Origin: Haliotis rubra | Taxonomy: Eukaryota | Direction: 5' to 3' | NCBI RefSeq assembly: GCF_003918875.1 | Contig: NW_025767202.1 | Span: 806,001-870,000 of the forward strand | Length of the DNA: 64,000 nt | Part shown: positions 53,799 to 64,000 of the stretch, in pieces | How positions within the stretch are numbered: position 1 is the stretch's first letter | Layout: each line of letters opens with the position of its first letter | Position numbers and translations under genes: made by a program | Notes under the pieces: generated by a model | What the model saw: the letters and a program-made list of their open reading frames with translations, nothing else | What the model was told of the DNA's origin: nothing | Database searches by the model: none

Positions 53799-53894
53799 AT
53801 ATATTCCTTCCAAGTATGACTACGAAAGACCTTGCTTATGATTTCATCAACGCTGAACACAATCCAAGTGAAGATTGAGGTGAGCCGATCTGGA

Positions 53895-54065
53895 CTGACT
53901 GACTGACTGAGTTTGGTTTTACGCCGCTTTTAGCAATATTCCAGCAACATCACGGCGGGGGACACCAGAAATGGGCTTCATACATTGTGCCCATGTGGGG
54001 ATTCGAACCCGGGTCTTCGGGGTGACGAGCCAACGCTTTAACCATTAGGCTACCCCACCGCCCCC
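53895..54065 (-). mobile_element. SINE family A, full length, (CAGT)n tail, 13-bp TSD
   Basis: gagccgatctgga at 53882 and 54066. Confidence 0.97.
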
Positions 54066-54098
54066 GAGCCGATCTGGAGTTTAATATCGTGTGTAAGA

Positions 54099-54337
54099 GG
54101 GGGCGGTGGGGTAGTCTAGTGGTTCAAGCTTTGGCTCGTCACGCCGAAGACCCGGGTTCGATTCCCCACATGGGCATAATGTGTGAAGCCCATTTCTGGT
54201 GTCCCCCACCGTGATATTGCTGGAATATTGCTAAAAGCGGCGTAAAACTAAACTCACTCACTCACCCTCTCAGTGAGGAGACTGAGGAGCTTAATTTCCT
54301 AAACACTGAATTATGTGGACGTCTGGACTAAACTCAG
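54099..54337 (+). mobile_element. SINE family A carrying a 62-bp 3' transduction, 12-bp TSD
   Basis: tcgtgtgtaaga at 54087 and 54338; 54267-54328 matches 57064-57125. Confidence 0.92.
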
Positions 54338-54375
54338 TCGTGTGTAAGATTATTGCAGGAATACAGCTACGCACA

Positions 54376-54403
54376 TGCGTGCGTGCGTGCGTGCGTGCGT
54401 GTG
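54376..54403. repeat. (GCGT)n microsatellite
   Basis: Direct reading. Confidence 0.9.
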
Positions 54404-54691
54404 CGGTTTATTAATGCCAAGTTATTAGCGGGGGCACGTTGCCCGTCCTCTTAGCTGACGCAATTATATGTGCAGAGTTGCGTCACTCGGGCACCTATAT
54501 GTTCGAACCATGGTTCTATCGCACCACATTTCTATATTGTCAGAACCATGCCGGTGTTCTTGGGTTCCACCAAAATGGTAAAATGTCTGAGACCGACATC
54601 ACTTCCGACTTTCCTTCCACATCCAGTTGATAAACCGTGTTAAAAATAGAATATTTTTCAAAGAGACATAAAAACCCAAACTCACATTATA

Positions 54692-54858
54692 GTGAGTGAG
54701 TGAGTATAGTTTTACGTCGCTTTTAGAAATATCCCAGCAATATCATGGCGGGGGACATCGGGAACGGGCTTCATACAATATACCAATGCGGGGAATCGAA
54801 CCCGGGTCTTCAGCATGACGAGCGAACGCTTTAACCACTAGGCTACCCCACCGCTCCC
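54692..54858 (-). mobile_element. SINE family A, full length
   Basis: Complete head-body-tail. Confidence 0.93.
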
Positions 54859-55119
54859 TCACGTAGAACTAACCACTTGATATACCATGCCGCAGTTTAA
54901 CATGGACACATTATACTGAGTCCGAGCCGACCACCCCCCGAAAATTGCCTTTATTTTGAGCGCCAGGAAAGGTAACAATAAGTTTCATCTGTTTTGGCGA
55001 CCTGAGATTGAACCACCGAGTTGTGCAGTCCGGGAAGACCCCCTGTCCGTAAGACTACGGAGACAGCATTGAAATTGAGCTTTTTGTCTTATTGAACATT
55101 TGTTTTGCTAGACCTGGGG

Positions 55120-55334
55120 ACCTGTGAAGATCCGGGTTAGAATTGGTCTTCAGTAGCCCATGCTTGCCGTAAGGGGCGACTAACGGGATCGGTGGTCAGG
55201 CTCGCTATCTTGACACATGTCATCCTATCCCAGTGGCGTAGACCGATGTTCATGCTGTTGATCACTGGATTATTTAACGACTGCCGCCACATAGAAGGAA
55301 TATTGCTCAGTGCGGTGTTAAACAACAAACCAAC
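55120..55334 (+). mobile_element. Family B, full head, (CAAC)-type tail
   Basis: cctgtgaagatccgggttagaattggtcttcag...gcggtgttaaacaacaaaccaac. Confidence 0.9.
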
Positions 55335-56899
55335 GCTCTACCAGGGAGTAGTATATTGGAAGAAACATCTCCAGCGAAACCTAATTGCCAGTAAAAGCAA
55401 TCAAAGCTCGTTCGTTTGTGAATGTGAACAGTCTCCCCATTTTACTCGGCTTTTTATCAGCTTCAGATGTCCAGTAATTCATCAACGTCAACACAGGAAC
55501 AATTAATTCAGCTTAATCGCTGTAACACGTGGACATAAAGCCATTGCTATTAGTGTTGTCAGGTAATACTTTTTCTGTCGTGTTCACCCCTCAAAAAACA
55601 CATCAATAACTGGCAATTGTTTACACTAAAATTCTCATAGATTTACATTTACTTGGGTTTGCAGGTATTTATATATGAATCTTACGTACTTACGTCGGTG
55701 TTTTCACAGCATTTGCACGTGCATTGAATTTGTTTGATTACCGTGTGGCTCGTTCAATGAACTTGAATAGCACGTTATTCATATCTTTTACACTCAAGTA
55801 GATTTTAACATTTCCACGGAACATGATTTACACGCCTTTTACATGCCCCTGATGGCCCGTTGAGTCGGCACTCCCCGAGCACGTGCTGAATGTCTGGCCC
55901 GTGCAGCACTTGCGGTTTACTTGACTGTCTACCAAGAGCCCGGCGGTTTGAATTCCATGCGAAGATTTGACCCCCTGTTTTGCCTTCTACCAATTTAACC
56001 CCCACAATCTTTCACGATAGCTTTAAAATGCATACACTTGTTTCTTTGAGAGCCCTAACAGTTGTTAAATCGGTCCTGCGTTTCTCTGTTCTTCTGGAGA
56101 AACACACTTCAGCATACTTAGCGCAGGAAAGTGCAGGGCGCCGAAGGTTTTGCCAGTAAGTAATTCTACGACACGTGTTCGAGGGGATTTTCGCGTAATT
56201 TTTAACATTCTTGAAATAACTTGTGTGTCAAAAAGGTTTTGTTTGGAAGCAGTGATGGAATGTCTTTAACAAGTTGGCCTGTTTATGCATGGGAGTTGTA
56301 GTATTCCACTTCACTTCGCATTCTGACTTCTTCGCATAGCTGTTAACGCTAAAGTGTGAATGCTTAGCCTAGCATGCTAAACAACGCTCGCAACACATTC
56401 AGATGGTGTGAAAACGTTGTTTTACTCTTTAATAAAAATTAACAAAATGAATCTATTAAAGAGAAAGGAAGAGAAAAACACATACAACATATATCATGGC
56501 GACGTTGTGCATATTAATTTGAGAAATGGAATAAACAAACGAACGTCATTTTCTTAAATAAAGAAAACCCCAACAAATGGTTAAAAATACGTACATGATA
56601 TGCACTTAAAGATTTTTAAAAATTATTTTTGTGAATATCAGTTCATCTTTAACTTCATCTCATATACACCGGATTCTGTCGATTTACGTGTGGTCTTTCT
56701 TTCATGTTGTTAGGCAGTCAGCCCGAGGGGACAAGCTGACCCGGGCTTGACCGTCTACAAGAACCCACCAAGACAAGTGGCAGAGAGTGCCCGGGGTGGT
56801 GTGGGCTCCCTGGACCCTCATCCACAAGTATTGACCACTTGAGACTCAGTCCGACTTGACCTTTGATACACCACGTATATGTAACTCTCAGTGAGGAGA

Positions 56900-57063
56900 T
56901 GGCGGTAGATGGCCAGTGGTTAAAGCGTTCGCTCATCACGCCGAAGGCCCGGGTTCGATTCCCCACATGGGTACAATATGTGAAGCCCATTTCTGGTGTC
57001 CCCCGCCGTGATATTGCTGGAATATATTAAAAAGCAGCGTAAAACTAAACTCACTCACTCACC
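56900..57063 (+). mobile_element. SINE family A, 15-bp TSD; putative source of the 54099 copy
   Basis: ctctcagtgaggaga at 56885 and 57064. Confidence 0.95.
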
Positions 57064-57444
57064 CTCTCAGTGAGGAGACTGGGGAGCTCAATTTCCTAAC
57101 CACTGAATTATGTGGACGTCTGGACATGTACACTTACATAGAAGGGATGCATACAGACGAAGTAACTAAATACAAGAAAGTTTGGGAATTCGGCAAACAG
57201 TGAACTATTTTTGTTTTAAAGAAAGAAACTTTGTCGTGATCTCAGTTGACCAGTATTCTAACGTCAAAATACTCTGGCGAGTTACGACGATGTGAACGAA
57301 TATGGCGTGTGAAAACTCTAGTGTAGAGGCAGCAATCATCTATGGGACTTTATATGCGTGCGTATGTGTTTATAACGTATGTGAAATAAATATCACTTCA
57401 ACCAGTAATGCATGTTATGTACTCAATTATGTCACTTGTAATAT

Positions 57445-57614
57445 TCGGGGTCGGTTGGTCAGGCTCGCTGGCTTGGATGACACATGTCATCGGTTCCCTA
57501 TTGCGCAGATCGATGCTCATATTGTTGATCACTGGATTGTGTGGTCCAGACTCGATTATTTACAGACCGCCGCCATAGAGCTGGAATATTGCTGAGTGCG
57601 GCGTAAAACTAAAC
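57445..57614 (+). mobile_element. 5'-truncated family B, 13-bp TSD
   Basis: tcacttgtaatat at 57432 and 57615. Confidence 0.93.
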
Positions 57615-58985
57615 TCACTTGTAATATCACATGTCAAAACTGTTCAGTTCGTTGCCGCCCGATTTTTCACCGAATAGGTCCCTCTGTAGGCAGAGACACG
57701 TGCAGCACGTGCTGTAGAGAATGGTGTGGGCTATTCCGAGTGTAAACAATCCCATTTGCTCCTCTCTCAAGCAGACAATTAGAGAGACAGAGGTTCCAGA
57801 CCCGCCAAGGGATACCTTTTGTTCTTCAACTTTTGAAGAACTTGTTTCTCTTTAGAACTGAAGCGCGTGTTATAGGTTCACTACGGAGGACATTTACCCC
57901 TGTCTTTGAAGTGGTCCGTTTTGTCATTTCATCACAAGCACTTTAAAGTTAAAGAAAAACTATAAAGAAATTATCCCCAACTGGTGACTCTCACCTGGAT
58001 GTTTGTATTGAGTACGTCTTTCACGGTATAGATGGGGAGGCATTCCATCTCCCGCTGTATGTACAACAAGTTGAACTCAGTGCATTAGGTTCAAATTAAA
58101 GTTTGTCAAAACACGTACACGACTGCTGACTGAACGAAACGGTTTCATCTCATTCTCAACTGGTATGTTTTATGATATAAATGAGTGCAACCCTGGTTCC
58201 TGTATTGACGCTCTATGAAAAATGTTGAATATAAAAATAGATATATTGAAACGTTCAACCATACACGTTTAAGACAACAGTGCGCTAGTGCAAATCTAGC
58301 TTTAATTGGGGGTGTTTGACTTGGGTCGCACCATACCCGGTGCTCCACGATGAACCTGTTGAGATTCCTTCAAGACAAAATCGCTTAATCGCTTTATTTG
58401 AGAAAACGTTTGATAACTAGTTAGCCCGAAGCGCAATTTACAAAGAAAACATTATTTAGCGGTCGCGAAATACCGTCTTCTGTGAGTTATCGGTACAGAC
58501 GCTTGCATAGCGACGAGGGCCTCCCAGATGGCGCTTGTTAGTACAGCTCCTAGGGTTGATAATCAAATCGAGAAAAAAGCGGTGTAGTAATGCACATGTA
58601 CATCGGGTCTGTAAACAGGAGGGGGGAAGCGGATTCGTTATAATATGATGCAAGCTGGTGTGTTCTGATATCGTGCGGTAGTTCTTGAGTAGTGCCATGT
58701 TGGCCAAAGTTTGCACACGAACAAGTAAACGATGTCCCCCAAACGAGGCAATGGTGGCTTGCACGTGCATGGTGCTGAGTGTCAACCTTTGTACACAGAG
58801 TTATAGTGTATATAGTACACCGTGATTAGGTGGGACGCTGAATCTCGAAGTCGAGGCTGATCTTCCATAGAGTAGATATAGAGTGGGAGCATTGTCACCC
58901 ATACAATGAATAGGGGAGATCCACATATATTTGGAATATAGGAAATATTCATGAAGATGTCGCCTCGACTTTACTAATTTACGAT

Positions 58986-59144
58986 GTTAGCCTAGTGGTA
59001 TAGCGCTCGCTCGTCTCACCCAAAACCCGGGTTTGATAACCCACATGGGTACAATGTGTGAAGCCCATTTCTGGTATCCCCGTTGTGATATTGCTGGAAT
59101 ACTGACAAAGCGGCGTAAATCAATACTCACTCACTAACACACTC
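58986..59144 (+). mobile_element. SINE family A, 13-bp TSD
   Basis: actaatttacgat at 58973 and 59145. Confidence 0.93.
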
Positions 59145-59569
59145 ACTAATTTACGATTTACACGTGTATTATATAACGCACGGAGCCCATTTACTTGTAT
59201 CTGCGTGTTTTTTGCGAGCATGATACTCAAACACTTTCATGCGAACAGCACAGTAATTGAGGGCGATCGAGTATCAATCTTTATTTGCCTTTCAGATGCC
59301 ACAGTCCTATAGTACACGTATACAGACACTATTATTATTAGGTAGTAGAGAGTACATTTTTTCTGTGTAGAAAGGCATGATACAGAAACATTGAAACACG
59401 TATACTATTCCTTTTGCTGATCAACGAAAAACAGACACGTTATCTTCAGAATTTTATTATACATACGTTACTTCAGCTGGACTGAGGGCAAATTCCATGC
59501 TGATTACTTTTTAAGGCTTGTACAGTACTTACCTAACCACAATACTGTTTTCAAGCATTATTCTCATTA

Positions 59570-60730
59570 TAATGTTCCATATCGAAGAGGTATTTTGGGA
59601 ACGTATACACCGATAGTGGTACGTGGCTTAAGGGGGGATTAGGATATTTACCAACATTCTACCCAGTTAGTGTGCGGAGGTAAGCTGCTCTTTGTAATCT
59701 GATAGGAGTGGTTTATAAATCAAGCCTGGGAAGGTTTGGCCGAATCCCCCCATGACCACTGTACCGTATCGCTATTCTTTAAACCTTACACAATCTGGGG
59801 TCAACAAAGAATTTCTTGGTGCAATTGTTCAGGTTATCATGATCCGTAGTCCCGTAGAACTGCAACTCGGTCATCCATTAAAGTTGATCTGTTAGAGGAC
59901 CAAGAAGTAGACCCGGTAAAGGACTAATAAGTTGATACGATGAGCAAGAGGTTGATCTGACGAAGGACTAAGGCGTTGATTGAGAAGTTGATCTAATAAT
60001 GAACCAAGACGTGAATCTGATGGAGGACCAAGAAGTTGATCTGACGAAGCAACAAATTGATCTAACGAAAGACCAAGACGTAGACCTGATGAAGATCAAG
60101 AAATTGATTTGATGAAGGACAAAATGGAACACCTTACGTAGTCACGGTGTTATCGTCTTGAAGTTTGTTTCTCAAAAGCAATCTTAGCTAGGGGACAAGT
60201 TGCGACTGGAGTGAAGACTGCTGTAGAGATGTAGAGATGCACTATTATCGAGTGCTAATTTCGCCTCAGACAATATGCGAGTCACCTTAAAGTGAACTTT
60301 TATCTCAAAAGTCATCCAGTTAAAAGTATTTGATACATATTCAAAGAAATGTCAAGCAATCTGGCCAAAAAGTATGCTTCTTTAAACTTATCTTTCCACA
60401 CGAAAAGCTACTCCCAGAGAGATTACACAATTAGCGCCGTTGGCTGAAGATGATGCACACACTGATGGCGGTGATATAGTTGGAATCGGAACATGCACTC
60501 TTAGTAGAGCAATGGTTTGACTGTAATGTGTATGATACAGTATTTGGGCCCGAAGTCTTAGTATAACAACATCATTTCTCCATGAGTTCCATTTGTTTGG
60601 CACTATAGTCTATCATAGTGTCTCATGAAAACATTCTGGGATACATCCAAAACAGTATGCTTTGATGTGGTGATGAGGAAGGAGAGATTTGGTATCTGCT
60701 CGATGATGGACCAAAGTTCGAGGCCAGTGT
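59570..60730 (-). pseudogene. Possible heavily decayed trypsin/chymotrypsin-family serine protease relic
   Basis: Collinear minus-strand fragments across frameshifts: VLDVSQNVFMRHYD, NDVVILRL...QTIAL, ANCVIS, ELQ...C...LC, GDSAKP (59749-59732), SVYT..KYL (59613-); no intact frame. Confidence 0.35.
59880..60120. repeat. Degenerate 24-bp minisatellite
   Basis: gaagttgatctgacgaaggaccaa-like units, ~10 copies. Confidence 0.8.
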
Positions 60731-60740
60731 GTTTTAAGAG

Positions 60741-61060
60741 TGAGTGAGTGAATGAGTGAGTGAGTCAGTCAGTCAGTGAGTTTAGTTTTACGCCGCACTC
60801 AGCAATATTCCAGCCATATGGCGGCGGTCTGTAAATAATCGAGTCTGGACCAGACAATCCAGTGATCAATAACATGAACATCGATCTACAATTGGGATAC
60901 GATGACATGTGTCAACGAAGTCAGCGAGCCTGATCACCTGATCCCGTTAGTCGCCTCTTACGACAAGCATGGGTTACTGAAGGCCAATTCTAACCCGGAT
61001 CTTCACGGGGAGACAAGCATGGGTCACTGAAGATCAATTCTAACCCGGATCTTCCAGGGT
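60741..61060 (-). mobile_element. Family B, full length with duplicated 5' head
   Basis: Head present twice (60962-61009, 61012-61060); decayed TSD gtgttttaagag/gtgtcataagag. Confidence 0.93.
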
Positions 61061-61295
61061 GGTGTCATAAGAGATCTTCGGTTGCTGCTGAACGCATATT
61101 AATACGGCATATTAACTCTAATGACAAAACGGATAGCCCAAGCTATTCACTGCGATGAGTTGTATCAGAAAACTGTTATCGTGGGTTTCAATCCCATATT
61201 CGGCCTGACAATGTTTACACGTAGGAACCAAGCGTTTCTCCTGAGCGGTAACCGTCTAATACCTGCTTCCCACCATCATACCACACTGTGCGTCT

Positions 61296-61601
61296 CACCC
61301 ACATCCGACACCCCACATCCCCACCCCACACCCCACCCCACACCCCCACACCCCACACCCCACATCCCACACCCCACACCCACACACCCCACATCCCACA
61401 CCCCACACCCCACACCCCACATCCCACACCCCACATCCCACACCCCACATTCCACATCCCACATCCCACACCCCACACCCCACATCCCACATCCCACATC
61501 CCACATCCCACACCCCACATCCCACATCCCACATCCCACATCCGACACCCCACACCTCACACCCCACACCCGATACCCCACACCCCACACCCCACACCCA
61601 C
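61296..61601. repeat. 7-bp (CCCCACA/CCCACAT)n microsatellite
   Basis: Direct reading. Confidence 0.97.
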
Positions 61602-62423
61602 GTGATACAACTGTTAAAGACTGACCACTATTCAGGGTTTGCTTCCACAAAACGACCTACGCACGACCGAAGTCCTCCAGGCAGTCTCATGGGTTTTTAA
61701 GGGTTAAGATCGCCAAAGCGGACCCAGGCGTCTGTTTAACACACATAATTGTATGTCTGCTATAAAGAACAATAGCGACGGATTTCTTATCGAAGGATGA
61801 TTAGAGTTCAACACTCGAAGACAGTCAATCATGTTTTAAATTAATAAATAACTTTGATAGTCGGGTTCATATGGCAGGAGATAGAAACGCGTCAGCCTCA
61901 AACCTCTCCTTAACTATACCCTTTGATGAAGCATGCCGTAACGGTACCGCGCTTGAGATGCTGCAGGTGAAGCATCACCGATGCCTCGCTGAGGATATAA
62001 ACGGACACTCCCGTGATGTCATACCAGCATTCCTGATAACATTTACCAATTGAAACATTTTATTGCAGTAGTTTTTTTTACAGCCCGGGATTTTCAGACT
62101 TCCAAGTCGATGTACCGCTAACCCAAATAAAGTTCACTGACCGCGTAATTTATACAGACGTTGGAGCCATTTTCAGACAAATCTGTTGCCATGGGAACAG
62201 AAGAAACTGCGACATAAAGGTATGTCAGAACTTTTAAATAATGGTGTCCATTTGAACCCAGATTCGGTCGCCCATCGTCTCCTCTTTTAAAATAGCGCCC
62301 TTCTTCTGTTGTATCAACACTTGGTGTAAATCGAGTATCACGAAATTTGTCATACCATTAGTTACTATGCTTCAGCTGGTGGTCATCAGGGTCATACTTA
62401 TGTACCATTTACACTCGCTCATC

Positions 62424-63551
62424 CCCTCCTTTGTCCACTCGCCCACCCCTCCTTTGTCAACTCAGCCACCCTCCCCACCCACCCTCCTTTGTCCACACAC
62501 CCACCCTCCTTTGTCCCTCTCGCCCCCACCCTTTGCCCTCTCGCCCACCTCTCCTTTGTCCACACGCCCACCCTCCTTTGACACCCGCCCACCCTCCTTT
62601 GCCCACTCGCCTACCCTCCTTTGTCCACTCGCCCGCCCCGTTGTCCACTCGCCCACCCTCCTTGTCCACTCGCCCGCCCTCCTTTGTCCACTCGCCCATC
62701 CCTTTGTCCACACGCCCACCCCTCCTCCTTTGCCCGTCCCTCCTTGTTGTCCACTCGCCCACCCTCCCTTTGTCCACTCGCCTCGCTGCCCCCCTTTGTC
62801 GACCGCCCGCCCACCCCTCCGCCCACCCCCTCCCCTCGCCCACCCTCCTTTGTCCACTCGCCCACCCCTCCTTTGTCCACTCGCCCACCCCCCTTTGTCC
62901 ACTCGCCCACCCCTCCCCTTTGTCCACCCTCTCGTCCCTCGCCCTCCTTTGTCCACTCGCCCACCCTCCTTTGTCCACTCGCCCACCCTCCTTTGTCCAC
63001 TCGCCCAGCCTCCTTTGTCCACTCGCCCACCCCTCCTTGTCCACCGCCCACCCCTCCTTGTCCACTCGCCCACCCCTTTGTCCACCGCCCACCACCCTTT
63101 GTCCACCGCCCACCCCTCCTTTGTCCACTCGCCCACCCCTCCTTTGTCCACCCCAACCACTCCTTTTCCACTCGCCCACCCTCCTTTGTCCACTCGCCCA
63201 CCCTCCTTTGTCCACTCGCCCACCCTCCCTTGTCCACCTCGCCCACCCCCTTTGTCCCCTCGCCCACCCTCCCTTGTCCCCTCGCCAAAGCCCCTTTGTC
63301 CACTCGCCCACCCCTCCTTTGCCCCTCGCCAAAGCCTCCTTTGTCCACTCGCCCACCCCTCCTTTGCCCCTCGCCAAAGCCCCCTTTGTCCACCTCGCCC
63401 ACCCCTCCTTTGCCCCTCGCCAAAGCCCCTTTGTCCACCTCGCCCACCCCTCCTTTGCCCTCTCGCCAAAGCCCCTTTGTCCACTCGCCCACCCCTCCTT
63501 TGCCCTCTCCCAAAGCCCCTTTGTCCCTGCCCACCCTCCTTTGCCCTCCTT
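62424..63551. repeat. ~23-bp C-rich minisatellite, ~48 copies
   Basis: ctcctttgtccactcgcccaccc; gccaaagccc variant after ~63285; explains ORFs 62367-63762. Confidence 0.97.
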
Positions 63552-64000
63552 AATCCACACACTCACAACCTTACCCGCTGACCTGCGCTATTTTTCACAA
63601 CAGTTACTGAAGCCACCTCGTCCCTGTCTCTCTTCACCACCCTCTGTGGACACTGAATACCCGTTAAAACATGGTTTGTTGTGTGAAAGGCAAACGTCTC
63701 GGACACGAGCAAGAAACGATCCTCTCCACCCTGGTTCCCACTTGTTACATAGTAACATGTAGCACATGCAACACAACCTCGCACGCCAGACCGTACACCA
63801 CGAAACTTCCCTAACAAACCCACAGTTATCCTATGTGTCCCACTCCATACCTGTAACGGAGAACGCACTCTCCATTCTGTCGTCTTCTTCTCTCAATAGC
63901 CTGGTGGTCCCCGTCCCGTCCCCACCCCCCACCCCACCCACACACACACAACATCAAGCTTACACTCCCTCGAGGTCACTGTAAGTTTAAAGTTTTACGA

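Noticed and set aside
55120-55190. Canonical HDV-like ribozyme in the family B head
   Set aside because: Helix order does not fit P1-P2-P3-P1'-P4-P2' on either strand; kept only as an unassigned structure
61121-63762. Pro/His- and Gly/Trp-rich ORFs
   Set aside because: Translations of the 7-bp and 23-bp repeats

Overview
Eukaryotic (metazoan, probably molluscan; the taxon is an impression from the repeat families, not demonstrated) non-coding window of intergenic or intronic character. It contains no intact recognisable protein-coding gene, and nearly all long ORFs in the track are stop-free translations of tandem repeats. Contents: (1) about 20 copies of a ~165-bp tRNA(Asp)-derived SINE (family A), many with target-site duplications (TSDs); (2) about 10 copies of a ~230-bp non-tRNA retroposon (family B) with a structured 5' head and the same 3' tail as A; (3) more than 12 unrelated mini/microsatellite arrays, including a 3.5-kb 10-bp satellite with a 1304-bp internal duplication; (4) DNA-transposon MITEs; (5) decayed relics of an L2 LINE, a Penelope-like GIY-YIG element, a Gypsy-like gag-protease and possibly a trypsin-family gene; (6) a 628-N assembly gap. 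Best leads: a 290-bp tandem unit pairing an antisense tRNA-like Pol III promoter with a degenerate minimal hammerhead ribozyme (22850-23249, with a weaker analogue at 7878-8031), and a local source-daughter SINE pair linked by a 62-bp 3' transduction (54087-57125).
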